A stretch of 32,453 bases of DNA from Jimgerdemannia flammicorona (Eukaryota): assembly GCA_003990765.1 (NCBI GenBank), contig RBNJ01000346.1, positions 1 to 32,453 on the forward strand, in the 5' to 3' direction. Below are positions 10,756 to 22,904 of the stretch, piece after piece (the first letter of the stretch is position 1; each line of letters starts with the position of its first letter). The position numbers and the translations under genes are program-made. A model generated the notes under the pieces. It saw only the letters and a list, made by a program, of their open reading frames with translations, was not told the DNA's origin and did no database searches.

Positions 10756-10908
10756 CACCACCACTAACTCTGCTGATCACTACCTACTTGGGCTGCAAAC
10801 TCTGGGCTAAGTCCTTAGGGTTTTTTACCTTTTTATTATTTTTGAAAGATATTAAATATTTCACAAGGCCAACCAACTTATCTGCAAACCCCTAGGACCT
10901 ACTGAATT

Positions 10909-13601
10909 TTAGCGGCCTAAGCCCCACTAAGACTTCAGATACATACATGCTCAGATTGTCTCAGCATTCAGTGTATATCTCTTTGGGGCAATGAGGTCCA
11001 CCTCACCTGAGAACACCCACTCGATAGAAGCACTGGAGGCAGGAATCGCCAGGTAGTCCTGAGTCATGCTATATAGACTGGAGAAGTCCATTTGATACAG
11101 CTGCATACCCTGGTGGGTAGAGTGGTGGTTAGATTAGTAGGTTAAATTGGTCCAATGCCTACCTAACAACCCACCTTCTACCAGTTGAGCACCTCTGTAC
11201 CCTTCAGCAAGATCATGTGATCACTGGCAAGGTAAATGGTAAGTTTGTCTATTGATGACAGCTCTTCCACTGATGGCTCCCTCTTCCTCTTTCTGCTAAA
11301 GTAAATGTGGGACAAGAGGGATCCCTCAGCATATTTGTCCAGACTTCAGCTAGAACCTTGCAGCGGTGCATAGTTTTTCTAGTACACTTCAATTATGGTC
11401 TACTTAATTCTCTCAATGAAGTACTGCTCCCAGCCCTGATCTTTATAGTATTGTAGCTTTAAGTGTGGGTCTAGCACTGTTCAAAGAAAAGGAAAGAGTG
11501 AGTTTTTGTAGGGGTTTCTCTGTTTTGGAAGGGGTAATAGCCATATGCTGACATTGACATACCTATACTGATTGAGTATAGTGGTATCTGTTTGGGAGTA
11601 GTACTTTCTGAGCTTGCTAAGAGTAACCTCTACAGCATCTCTCTGATCTGAGCTCAACTGTAAATCACCACAACCCTCCAGCCTATCCTTGAGCTTGTCC
11701 TTTAGTCAGTCAATCAGAAGGTTGTATACTAGTATTGCTGAGCTTATTGTTGGGGTCGTTTGTTTGACTATATCCTTTATATAATCATCAAAACACTGGC
11801 AGTTATATGTGGTGAGGTATTGTATTGTGTAGAGGCAGACAAAACAAGTATAGAGGCTGACAAAATAAGTATAGAGCCAGAGAAATTACCACTTACTTCC
11901 AAAACTCTGACAACATTCCTAAGTATATCTCACTTGCTTTCACCTAGAGCCTTGGCCCATATTTCCTTGTCAGCAGCCACTGTTGAATCTATTGGCTTTT
12001 TTTTGTTTTTTGTTTTTTTTTTTAAAATAAATCTTCAATTATCTGAAATAAGTTACTTTAGCTGACTGAAGAAAAAAAGAATGCATACCATAGCAAACTC
12101 TAGCACATGTTGGATCATTGCAAATATTGAGTTCTAACATATACAGATGTCTAATATAAGCTCTTTCAGGGCTAAACTGATTGCCCTACACTATACAGCA
12201 AATTTGTCTCATCATTGTAGGAATGATTGGACTGACACAACTAGTTTGTGCAGCTTGGAAATTATACTCAGGGCCTCTCCTCTCTTGGATATTTTGTCTA
12301 TGTACATAAGATAGTCCTGAACAGTGAGGTTCAGTACATGGGCCTAGCATCACACACAGCAGCTTTCTGTACCAAAGGCCATATTTTTCTGTTTGAGGCT
12401 GGCCACTAAAACTTTGAAAAATGTTGAGTTATTTGTAGTATTGTTTGTCATAATGGCTAAAATCTGTACTTGAAATATTTGGTCAGTGAATTTATGTGAA
12501 AATAAATAACCAATAAAATCTGGTTTGTTTTAAGACCTCCCTCAAAACACCAACCTGATGGTAAGCCCCCCTTTTTTACCTTAGTTGTGATCCCAAGCTC
12601 CTGAATACAACTAATAAAAGTATCTACAATGTTGTCTCCAGAATGAGGGCCAACAAGTTTGACAAAGTCAAGGGTGAGATATTTAAGCTGCCAATCGAGG
12701 TCAATCCAATGACTGGTAATACCCAGAAACAAAATTGCATTGGGGGATATCCATGTGTTGATCATAAATGAAATTTTGCCTGCTGAATTCTGCTTATTGA
12801 ATGTGAGGTTAAATTGGTGAGCTCTTTTATATAATTCAGCTTACAAAGGTCACAGTACTGCCCTTATTTTATCTGAAGTATCTGGCAGAGATTATTGTAC
12901 TCCTTCCTATAGGCCTCCAGGACATCTTTGTGAATAGTATTAGTACTTAGCAAATATAAATCATGCTTGAGAAGGCCAAAGATGCTATGCAATTGATCAC
13001 TCTTGATGGTTGTGAATAGCTGGTCTGTATATACAATCCAGTGAATGAGCTGATTTCAAAATTCTACCAAAGAGTATGGCTAAATATTTTTGATTAAATA
13101 GCATTATTAGTATAAAAATAGTTGGACAATTAGATAAATATACCCACTACAGCTTGGATGTCGATTTTATTTGTCTCTATGTTCTTTTTTATTTTGTCAG
13201 AGTACTTGTCTTTTATGTATTAATTCATGTTCAAAGTTATACTATCAAGCATTTTGAACTTCTGGCTGGTGCAGTTTATGGAGGTGGATGAAACAATATC
13301 ATATGTGTGTCAAAACAAAAAGTGTCAATAGGTGCATCTTAATTTTTTACCTGCAATAATTACAAATAACATCATCTCCTATCTTAACATAATGTTGCCA
13401 GATTTTAGAGTGAGGATTGCATGGAAGGTGTGGAACTATCAGAGATGTTTGACTTGAAGCATCATTGGTACTGTGAACTGTTGAAGACTGATCTATTGAT
13501 ATATGTGTTTGTGTATTTACATATATATGTATATGCATATATGTATATTGTATATGCATGTATGTATATTGTATTGTAGATGTATCTGACATATGAGTCA
13601 T
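10909..13601 (-). pseudogene. Intron-containing hAT transposase
   Basis: BED-finger start (SKIWQHY...VICNYC), ISFMINTW...FLGITSHWID...GPHSGDNI, C*AHVLNL (CxxH), decayed TRWNST, VLDPHLK, dimerisation domain DYLAIPASSASIEWVFS. Start coordinate approximate. Confidence 0.88.
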
Positions 13602-13604
13602 GTA

Positions 13605-13920
13605 GAGGATTTGGATTAGAGGATTCAGTTGAAGGATTCAGATGAGAATTTGGATTGAAGGATTCAAATTGGAGGATTTGAATTGGAGGATTCAAATTGG
13701 AGGATTCAGATTGAGTGATTCGGATTGAGTGATTCAGATTGAGTAATTCAGATTGAGTAATTCAGATTGAGTAATTCGGATTGGAGTAATTTGGATGAGT
13801 AATTTGGATGGGGTGATTTGGATGGAGTGATTCAGATTAATCTGAGATGATTCAGATGGCTTTGGATTTGAAATTCAGATCAAACCATCATATGATAAAT
13901 CGAATCTGGATTTGATTTGA
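13605..13920. repeat. hAT right subterminal 14-bp tandem array (GAGTGATTCGGATT-like)
   Basis: Directly visible tandem units next to the TIR; transposase-binding role inferred from known hAT subterminal repeats. Confidence 0.85.
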
Positions 13921-13941
13921 ATTGACTCATTTGGAGCACTA

Positions 13942-15268
13942 TTCCTGAGCAGTGCTTGACAGTATAGTCATACTCTTGCAGTCTGTAGATCCATCTAGTA
14001 TATATTCCTTTGAGGTTTAGAGTGTAGAATAGCCAGACAAGAGCAGAATAGTCTGTTTGAATAGTGAAGTGTTTCCCAGCTAGGTAGTAGTAGAACTTAT
14101 CTACTGCCCAAACTACTGCTAAGCATTCAAGCTTGCATGACTCATAGTTCTGTTCTGCTCCATGGGTACCTTGACTTGCATAGGAGATGACATATTCATG
14201 TTCATCTTTCTTCTGAGCTAGAACTGCTCCAAGTCCTATAGTACTTACATCTGTCTGCAGGATGAATTCTAGATTCCAATCTAGTCTTCTGAGAATAGGT
14301 GCTTGGGTAAACTTGGTCTTGAGTTCATTGAAGGTTTCTTGACATTCCTTGGTCCATTTGAATTTGGTTTCCTTCTTCAGTAGCTCATAGATAGGTGCTG
14401 TAATGTTGGAGTATCCTTTGATGAATCTTCTGTAGTAGCTGGCCAGTCCAAGGAAGACATAGACTTCTGTAGTCATTCTGGATCTTGGGTAGGCTACAAC
14501 AGCCTCAATCTTCATAGAGTCTGTGTGGATTTCAGTCTGGTTGATGAGGTGTCCTAGATAGGTGATTTCTTGAGCCACAAACTTGTATTTCTTAAGCTTG
14601 ATATAAAGGCCATACTCTTTGAGCTTCTTGAGGGCTAGCTGTATATGATTAATGTGTTCCCATATAGTATTGCTGAAGATGATCACATTATCAATATAGA
14701 CAAAGAGCTATTTTCCAATCTCATTACTGAAGACTCTGTTCATCATTCACTGGAAACTTACTGGAGCATTGCACATTCCAAATGGCATTCACAGGTAGAT
14801 ATAGGTGGCATCAGGTGTAATGAAGGCTGATTTCTCACTGGTATCTTGAGTGAGACCAATCTGATAGAAGCTTGAGAACAGATCTAAGGTGGTGTAATAT
14901 TTGGCTTTACTTCCAAGAGTGGTAAGAATTTCTTGAATATTTGGTAAGGGTTACCTATTCTTCTTAATGATAGTATTGAGCTTTCTGTAGTCAATGCAGA
15001 GTCTTGGCACAAACTCTCCAGGCTTGCTTTCTTTCTTTAGGGTGAGGACAATGGGTAAAGCCCAGGGACTGATAGCTTACTTGATAATTCTGGCTTCTTC
15101 CATTTCCTTGAGTTCTGTTTGCAGCCATTTTCTGTAGACAGGTGGTATGGATCTGGCTTTCTGATAGATGGGCTTGGTATCACCTATGTCAACTTTGTGG
15201 TAGTACTTGGGTTCTTGATTATAGATATCCCTGAAGTCTGTAGCAAGTACTCCTTCATTCTGGTACAA
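13942..15268 (-). pseudogene. pol: Element B reverse transcriptase and RNase H
   Basis: RLCIDYRKLN, MPFGMCNAP, YIDNVIIFS (YIDD), YLGH, FLGLASYYRRFIKGYS, ILQTDVS, LECLAVVWA, TIQTDYSAL. Confidence 0.95.
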
Positions 15269-15374
15269 GACCTTGAGAAGTTGTCTTCCAGGGGAATGTT
15301 TTCTCCAATAGTATATATATGCTTATTCTAGTCCTTGTCTTTTTTGTGTTTAAGTTTGGTAATCTTGATGGTAG

Positions 15375-15790
15375 TATAGGCTCCTCTTCTAGTAGATCCG
15401 AAGCCTTGTTCTTCTCTCTTGGTCTTGATGAGTTTGATGGCTTCAGTGATCTTGGGTTTCTTGATTTTGTGAATCAGCATCTGGCCAATCCTGTCATGCT
15501 TTTTAACTTTGAATGGGGTGGTGGGGTTGTGATTCCTGACTATAAGAAAGATCTTGCCAGTGTAATCAGAGTCAATTACTCCTCCTTCAACTGAGATTTC
15601 GCTTTTGGCCAGACTGCTTCTGATTTTGATAATTCTGGTATGGTTCTCTAGCAGCTTGACTCCAATTTCAGTACCAAGTAGAGTAGTGGTCTGTGGTTCA
15701 AGGGTAGTATCTTGAATGCTGGCAAGGTTCATTCCTATGGCTCCTTCAGTCTTATATTCTGGGATCTTGGCTTTAGAGTGGAACTTCTTG
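15375..15790 (-). pseudogene. dut: dUTPase domain of element B (between protease and RT)
   Basis: IRSSLA, GGVIDSDYTG, DRIGQM, R...GFGST: trimeric dUTPase motifs 2-5. Confidence 0.9.
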
Positions 15791-16189
15791 ACCTTAAGAG
15801 TGATATCTGGTTCTTATTCCTCCTCATCATCACTGTTAGCTTGAAGCTCTGGGGGCTGGTCATCTTCTTTGGCTTTCTTTTTTACTTTGGCAGCTTCTTG
15901 CTTATGTTTCTGTTGGCAGATTTTCCTGACTTCACTGATACAGGACCAGCAGTCATTCAGGTATTCAGAGCAGTACATCCTAGTACCATGGGGGTATCTT
16001 CCTTAAGGGGCATAGCCATTAATAATCTTATTGTACTACTGCTCATCTGTAAGCTTGGGTGTCTTGTTCTTGTTCTTGTTTACCAAGTATATGAAGACTT
16101 CTGTATTCTCTTAATCTCCTTTCTCCATGTCTGGTAGGACTCCTTTGTAGATATTGATAGAGACTCATACCTTTCTTCCTCTATAGTTG

Positions 16190-16510
16190 ATCTGCATCTT
16201 CTGGGCATTGAGGTCAATGATGGCCTTGGTCTTGTAAAGCTATTGATTGTCAATGAGGATATCATAGTTAGTAGCACTTGTAACAATCATATCTACTGGG
16301 ATGGTAGCTTCTCCTATCTTGATGGAGACTTCTCAGATTTTGCCAAGGAGAGTAGTTGTATACCATCTACTATAACATAGACCATTTTGGTGGACTCTTC
16401 AATGTCCCAGCCTAGGCAGTCAATTGTCTTCTTGCTTATGAGACATCCTCCAGCACTGGTATCAATGATAATATTAAAGATATAGTCTTCAATCTAACAT
16501 AGAGTATAGG
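16190..16510 (-). pseudogene. Aspartic protease domain of element B
   Basis: IIIDTSAGGCL (DTGA-like) and a decayed ILGND-like motif. Limits approximate. Confidence 0.75.
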
Positions 16511-17049
16511 TTGATGTCTTGCACTGGTCTTCAGATTCTTTACCTGAGTTTTTAGATTCTTCCTGTACATTGTGAGCTTCTACAATCTTATACTCTTGAT
16601 TCTTGGCAGTAGTTGCAAGTCCTACTCTCAACTGCTGTCTAAATGCAGAGACTTTGGCTAGCTGTCCAAAAGTAGCATTGATCTTCTGTTCCTTGAGATC
16701 CTTATAGATATCATACTGATGAATCTTGGTCTTGTATAGCTTCTGTTCCTTCTTGCTTTCACTTTCTCCTGAGACTGGAGTAGTGTCTTCAATGATTTGG
16801 CAGGCAGCTTTATCTAACTCCAAATCTTGATCAATCTCCTTGGGTTGAGTCTTGCTTTGAATAGTAATAGCTGGGGTCTTCTTTAGTCTTCCAACTAGCT
16901 TGCTGTTACTCTTCTTGTTATAAGACTTGGACTGGGTTCTGGTACCTTCAGTAGCAGAGTAGAATTCAAGCTCCTTATAGTATTCTTCATCATCAGTATT
17001 GCTAATCTCCTCAATGACTACTGCATTAGTTTGTTCTCTGGTTCTGCTA

Positions 17050-17940
17050 ACATTGCTTGATTGGGCTTTGCATCTTATTTCAGTCATGCAATTCTTTTCA
17101 TAGTGGCCTTCTTCTCTATATCTGAAGTATGTAATATTGCATTTTTCTATAGCAGCTGCAAATCTCTACACTGATCTCCTGTTGGCACTTTGGACTTCTC
17201 TAACAACATTATCAAGGTGTGCAGTCATCTCAGTGAACTGCTTGACAAGTTCCTCTACTGGGTCAGCTTTGGCTGCCTTGGGGGGTAGGTGGAATTGGTT
17301 GTCTGTTTACAACTGTAGCAGGTATGATACTAGTTGGCTTTGATGACTCCATCTTGATACCAGTTATTTTCTCCATTGAGTGTTCAGCAGAGTATCTGGC
17401 AGTCCAATATCTCTATGCAAAGACTACTTTCTGATCAAGGGTCAGTGCAGCTGGGGTAGACTGGATTGCTAGGGCAATTTCAGAGTGAACTCCTTTGAGG
17501 AAGATTAAATCTGCTATTTGTTCCTTGAGAGCATCATCATAGCCAGCCAAGACAATCTGATGGCAGATTCAGATATAGAATGAGTTAGGATCTTTACTAA
17601 GTCCTTGGCAGATAGTATTGAGTTGATTCTTGAGAGCTTGCTTGATCTCTTCAGTATAGTATATTGTTCTGAGGAAAACCTTTATGTTAGCAAGTTTGGC
17701 TATATCATTATCAGCAATAGTGGCTATATTGAACTTGTCTCTGGTAGGTCCTCTGAGACTGACTGGTAGAAGGGCCAATTGTGTATCCATATCAAGGGCT
17801 CATATGGTGGTAAATTATTCAAAGTCTTTAATAAAGGTCAGGATTGACTCTTCAGTAGTATATCTATAGAATGTGGGGGATGTATTTCCATCTTGTTTGA
17901 ATTCTTGCAGGAGTGACTCTTGTAGTCAGGGTAGTTATTA
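17050..17940 (-). pseudogene. gag: gag of element B with decayed CCHC knuckle
   Basis: PTFY...FIKDFE...SLRGPTR; YFRYREEGHYEKNC at ~17085-17130 is CxxCx4Hx4C with Cys>Tyr changes. Limits approximate. Confidence 0.75.
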
Positions 17941-17989
17941 TGGGGTTGTTCGTTTTTCAGCTTGAAAGTGAGGGATTCATCTTGAATCA

Positions 17990-18007
17990 CCAGTCAATGA
18001 GGCACCA
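17990..18007 (-). other. Primer-binding-site-like sequence of element B
   Basis: TGGTGCCTCATTGACTGG begins 3 nt after the LTR end; cognate tRNA not identified. Confidence 0.6.
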
Positions 18008-18010
18008 AGT

Positions 18011-19612
18011 TGTCATATAGTAGTCACTGAGTCCTTCAAATATACCAGATTCTCTTCAAGGTATATCTCTTAGACTAACTCAAGTTTGTTATAAGCAAGT
18101 TCTTATTGGAGTACCTTTCTAAGGTCTTATAGTTCTCAAACTTCTTATCTTTAAACTGTCTTATTATGTATCTCTTAGATTGTTTATAAGGAAGTGTGTA
18201 TATTGTACTGAGAGGAACTGACTTTATTTCAAAGAAAATAAGAGGAGTATTTATACAAAATATAATTCAATGGTTGCTAAGATATAAAGCTAAATATAAA
18301 TTTCAATAACTAAAATAAAATGCCAGAACAAGAAAAACTGTTAAGTTTCAGGGTCGGCACTGATGGTTATATAGGTTCAGGATGCTGGTATAATTCAGTG
18401 TTACATCAGAATGCTGGTGCTGGCATAACTCAGTATTACATCAGAATGCCAGTACTGATATAACTCAGTATTACATTAGAATGCTGGTGCTGGTATAACT
18501 CAGTATAACCAAAGAACTTTAGAGCAGAATATTCAAGACCATAGGGGCTTCATCCTCATTAGAGGTCAGGATGTCTTTGAAGGAGATGAGGTCTACAAAT
18601 TCATCATTATCATCATATAGGTCATGCATTTCATGTACTTTGCATGCTTTGCATATGTTGTGCAGAATGATGTTATTGCTGATGACATCATTACATTTAG
18701 TGGCAGCAGTGGCAGAAACAAGGAGATCTGAAGCTCTCCAGTCTATGAGGTTCTCTTCTACAAAATAAGGAACAAATATGAGATCTTGGAGAGATCTAAT
18801 CTAGATGCTTGGGCCTTGGAATACTGAGATCAATCCTTGCAGAAATTGATCTGGGTTGTCCTGGAGAATGAGATGCCAGAAGTCTTCTACTTCATCACTA
18901 TTGAGAGTGATAGTGGACTGGGCTTCTGTAGCCACCCTGGCTTCTAGTACATTGATACAGTGGGATGACAGATCTCTGAAATCTGAGACTCTAATATACT
19001 CCAAGTTGGAGATCAACCATAGTGCATGCCTAAAGATCTGATGGATCTTCTTAGCTATCCTTGTTTCACATATATCCATGGGAGTGGCATCTTGTAGCTC
19101 TTGAGTACTGGTCTGTGAGAACTCCCAGCAGAGGAGGCTTTCTATTTTGTACTCCTATTACATTTGGAGGCATTTGGTAGCAATGGTGATCCTTGTTTCC
19201 ATTTTATGGTAGTAGAGGTTATAATGATAAGGGTCACTAGTACCCAGGTTAACACTAAGAGTCCTTCTTGAGCAGGTCCTCATGGCTCTTCTGATATCCT
19301 GGAACATTCTTTCTTCAACTGAGGTACCTTAGTGGTTTCTTGACTTTGAGGTTTGGTGAGCAGCAGACATTTCATTTGTAGTAAGTCTTTGAGCTATTTT
19401 GGGATTGGTGGGTCTTGTTGGTTACTGTTACTGCAGTTCCTTGATTCTTCTTTTATATTCCTTAAGATATCTGAACTGTGGTTACAATGACTTACAGTTG
19501 GTCATCATTGCTTATCTCATATGCTGTATGATCTTCTTGTGCTCCAATCTGGTAGCTTGTAAGGAAAAGCTATCTCCTGTACTGATGTTATCATTCTGGG
19601 GTCACCATTATA
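18011..19612 (-). repeat. 5' LTR of element B (1602 bp)
   Basis: Direct repeat of 4189..5786; start decayed to TATAATGG from TGTAACGG. Confidence 0.93.
18519..19370 (-). pseudogene. LTR-embedded ORF of element B, 5' LTR copy (283 codons)
   Basis: MSAAHQTSKS...; includes track ORF 18801..19079; internal stops mostly at different codons than in the 3' copy. Confidence 0.75.
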
Positions 19613-19616
19613 GTAG

Positions 19617-21415
19617 TGAGATATGAAATATATTATGTATCTTCATACCTTAAGAGAATTCTAATTGATATAATATATTAGATATTATTTCTTTAACTGA
19701 GTAAGGTCTAATATATTCTAGACATAGACTTTATTTAGAGTATCTAGTCTGATTTGCTACAGTTACATTAGAGACTTCTAAGAGAACTAAGTCTCCTACT
19801 TCAAAGAGAACTTCTCTTCTATGTTGGTTAGCATATTTGCTTATTTTTTTTTTATAATTACTTAGACTTTGCTATTTATTACCCATCTATTACATATAAA
19901 TACAATATCTCCTCACACTACCCAATATCCCTAGAGAGCCTCCCCCCCCCCATACTCTCTCACTTAAAAATCACCTTGCCACCCTCCACACCAATCTTCC
20001 TCTCACTCTGTCTATAGATTTTCTCTACCAAACAGTACTGCTGATCTCTCTGCAGACCCTATCTCAACCACCATGTCCTCTAACAGCCCTTCTTATCTCA
20101 CCAGCTACTCTCTCAAACTCATATGTTTTCCTTCTTCAAATATAAATAACCAGTAATCTATCAGTTCTACTCATACCACTAATATCTAACCCAAAGTCAG
20201 CCACTCTCTCTCCACCCCCTCTACTAATCTATCTATCAGATCTTTCCATTACTCCTACTTACCATCCTCTCTGTACATAAGCATATTTAACTTGTTGCTC
20301 CTGAGGCTTTTGTAATTCTTTTTGTACTAACTATATAATATTTCCAATAGTTACTATAAGGTCTTCTACTGCAAGTACTATAGATTTTTCTATAGTTGCC
20401 AGAGTTCATAGGTATTGACCAGTATTCATAAAGAAAGATATTATTTGAATAGATGACTGTTTGGTATTATTATAGACAAATTCTGCTAATAAGAGATATT
20501 AGTTCCAGTTATCTTATTTGTAACTATAGAATATTCTCAATATTTGTTTGAGAGTTCTGTTAGTTCTTTCTGTCTGATCATCAGTTTGTGGATAGTAGAT
20601 AGTAGAGAATGATAACTTAGTATTTATCATTCCAAAGAATAGTTTTCAGAAAGTACTTATAAATTTGGGGTCTCTATCTGAGACTATTACTAAGAGTAGT
20701 CTATACAGTTTAAAAACTATATATAAGAAAATCTTTGCTGTTTCTAGAGTAGTGACTATAGTAGTAGTAGGTTCAAAGTATATCTATTTGCTAAGCCTAT
20801 TTATAAAAACTACTATGGCATCCTTTCTTTAGTTGGTTTTAGATAGTCTTACAATAAATTCTAAGAAAATCTAGTTTCAATTTCTAGTAGATATTAGTAG
20901 AGATTGAAGAAGTTCTAGAGGTACTTAATTTCTTACCTTATTTCTTTGATATAGGTTACAGAAATAACAGAAGTCCTTGATATCATCTGTCATTATTGAT
21001 CAGTAAAAGTTTTGAGTTATATTAATAAGAGTTTTTTTATAACTATAATGTTCTACAAAAGGTATATCATAGTATTTTTATATAATTTGAAGTCTCAGTT
21101 TTTGGTTTTTAGGGATTAAGACTCTTGTTTCATCATAGTACAATAATTCTTCTTTGAGGGTTAATTTTTTGGTCAATTTTTGAGTCTTTAGTCATTAGTT
21201 GGAGTTTGTAAGAATTTATAAATTTCTTAGTAGGTAAGATTATAGGCTTCTCTGATCTGATTCTTAAGATTATTGGCTATAATTATAATAGCTGTTATTT
21301 ACTCTATTTGTTCTATTCTTGAGAGAGAATTAACTACTATATTTGTTTTTTCAGAGCAGTATTCTACTGTGAAGTTATAATCTACTAAAGCTTCTAACTA
21401 TCTTACTTGTCTTTT
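19617..21415 (-). pseudogene. pol: Element C fragment 2: RNase H end and integrase (interrupted at ~19843-20279)
   Basis: [55 protein letters not shown]; heavily degraded. Confidence 0.85.
19843..20279 (-). mobile_element. Short poly(A)-tailed retroposon (5'-truncated LINE or SINE-like) in the element C integrase
   Basis: T10 tract at 19844-19853; AATAAA (minus, 19875-19880) ~20 nt upstream of the tail; flanking duplication AGCATATTT(..)CTT at 19830 and 20280; host frame QQVKYA-NQHRR rejoins. Confidence 0.7.
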
Positions 21416-21819
21416 TGTAACATTTTAGTATAGTTTATTTCTTTTCTTTATCTTTCTTCAATATTCTATGACCTTTTAGTACTTTCTGAATGCTTAGAAA
21501 TCCTTTCTTGGTACTGAGCATCCTCTAGTACTTATTTAGCTAGTTACTGAATGTTCTGGAAACTTGTAGAACTTTATTTGTCATCATTTGTCATCTTTGC
21601 CAAGAACTTTCCTCTTGGCATTTTCCTTTGATTTCTCAGATTCTTCTGGATCCTTCTTTCCGATCTTGTATAAATATCCTCTTTGTTCTCATGAATAAAG
21701 TCTCAGAATATTTTCTCTAAGAAATCCTTTGAGAATACTTAAATCCTTAAGTATCTCTTTGAGCTACTTAGGACTACTAGAACTAGTTGCTTCCTCATTT
21801 AGAAACTAGAACTGTTATA
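21416..21819 (+). repeat. 5' LTR of element D (404 bp)
   Basis: TGTAAC...GTTATA (decayed GTTACA); TATAAATA at ~21669. Confidence 0.93.
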
Positions 21820-21887
21820 CTTGGTAGTAGCAGTTAAGTTACACCTAGCCTTATCAAGACACCTCTCAAGATATCAGTCACAACACT

Positions 21888-22888
21888 ATGGAGGACAATG
21901 GGTGGAACTCTTTATACAGTACCTATAGTCCAGACAATACTTATACAATCAGTAAGAAGAAGAGGAACAGCAAAACCCTACTCAGTCAAACAGGGCCATC
22001 GAGAGTCTTTTGCAGACCACATTAGCTCAGATTGCCCAACTTCAAGAATGCATAAAAAGAAAGGAAAGCAAGGCCCCTGCTCATACCTCCATACTCTCAC
22101 TGATATCAATACATCCAACAGCAGTCACTATCAAGCCTCAGAAGTCCAACACTTTTGATGGTCAAAGAGGAGGACTTTCTACTGATGCCTGGCTTTTCCA
22201 ATTGGAGCAATATAGAGAACTGACTAATTTGGAAGAAGCAATACTAGTCCAATTTGCTGCCACACTCCTCTGAGGGAATGCTGCAATCTGGTGGCAAAAC
22301 CATGTCCAGAATACCAGATTTGCTAGCTGGATCAGAACCTGGAATGAATTCTCTGATACTGTTCAAAGCCAATTCAAACCAGTCAATAGCACCAAGGCCA
22401 TGCGAGACTGTCTGGCAAATGTCAAACAACTCAAGTCTGTATAAGCATACAATGCACAATTCCTGTCAATCCTACTGAAATTACCACATATCACTGAAGA
22501 TGAGAAGGTTAACAAGTACATCCAAGGCCTGAAAGGTCAAACCCAAGTTCATGTTGAACTAGAAGAACCCAAAGATCTAGATATAGCAATGAAGATTACT
22601 GATAGGTTTGATGTCATCATCTATGGTCACTACTTTGAACAGAAGAGACCACCTTTTAACAACAACCACAAAAGAGAGGAACCCAAAGTCAGAACTGTTG
22701 GACCTGCCCCCATGGACCTAGACACCATCGACAAGAGTAAGAAAGACAAGCTTATATCTGAGGAAAAGGAGCACCTCAAGAAGGCTGGAGCCTGCTTCTT
22801 TTACCATCAGCCTGGTTATATTACAACCAAATGTCCCAAGAAAACAGCTGAACCAAAGAGGATTCTGGTCCTATCCAAAGATACTTAA
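21888..22888 (+). pseudogene. gag: gag of element D
   Basis: FDG...DAWLFQLEQY, LL*GNAAIWW, GPAPMDLD, decayed knuckle CFFYHQPGYITTKCP. Confidence 0.85.
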
Positions 22889-22904
22889 GGTCAACCAGTT
22901 GAAC

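Larger units (their letters stand above)
7422..13941 (-). mobile_element. hAT DNA transposon (6520 bp) inserted in the RNase H end of element B
   Basis: Perfect 13-bp TIRs TAGTGCTCCAAAT / ATTTGGAGCACTA; 8-bp TSD TTTCTGAG (7414-7421) / TTCCTGAG (13942-13949); flanks rejoin as YTVKHCSG-RTNTNAD; hAT transposase inside. Confidence 0.93.
4189..19612 (-). mobile_element. Element B: full-length decayed Ty3/Gypsy retrotransposon (gag-PR-Cys module-dUTPase-RT-RH-IN, no chromodomain), interrupted by a hAT
   Basis: Two ~1.6-kb direct repeats; TSD GTAG at 4185-4188 and 19613-19616; PBS-like TGG site after the 5' LTR; PPT before the 3' LTR; internal domains recognisable. Confidence 0.93.

Noticed and set aside
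10150..10810. Overlapping 67-204 aa ORFs on both strands
   Set aside because: Expected by-product of a GC-rich tandem repeat; the same core is read in changing frames.
13495..13580. AT/GT microsatellite ORFs (YTYMHI repeats)
   Set aside because: Simple-sequence tract near the transposase 5' end, probably intronic.
15119..16137. Plus-strand membrane-like ORFs (env candidates)
   Set aside because: Antisense to Lys-rich pol/dUTPase of B; the hydrophobicity is a complement artefact.
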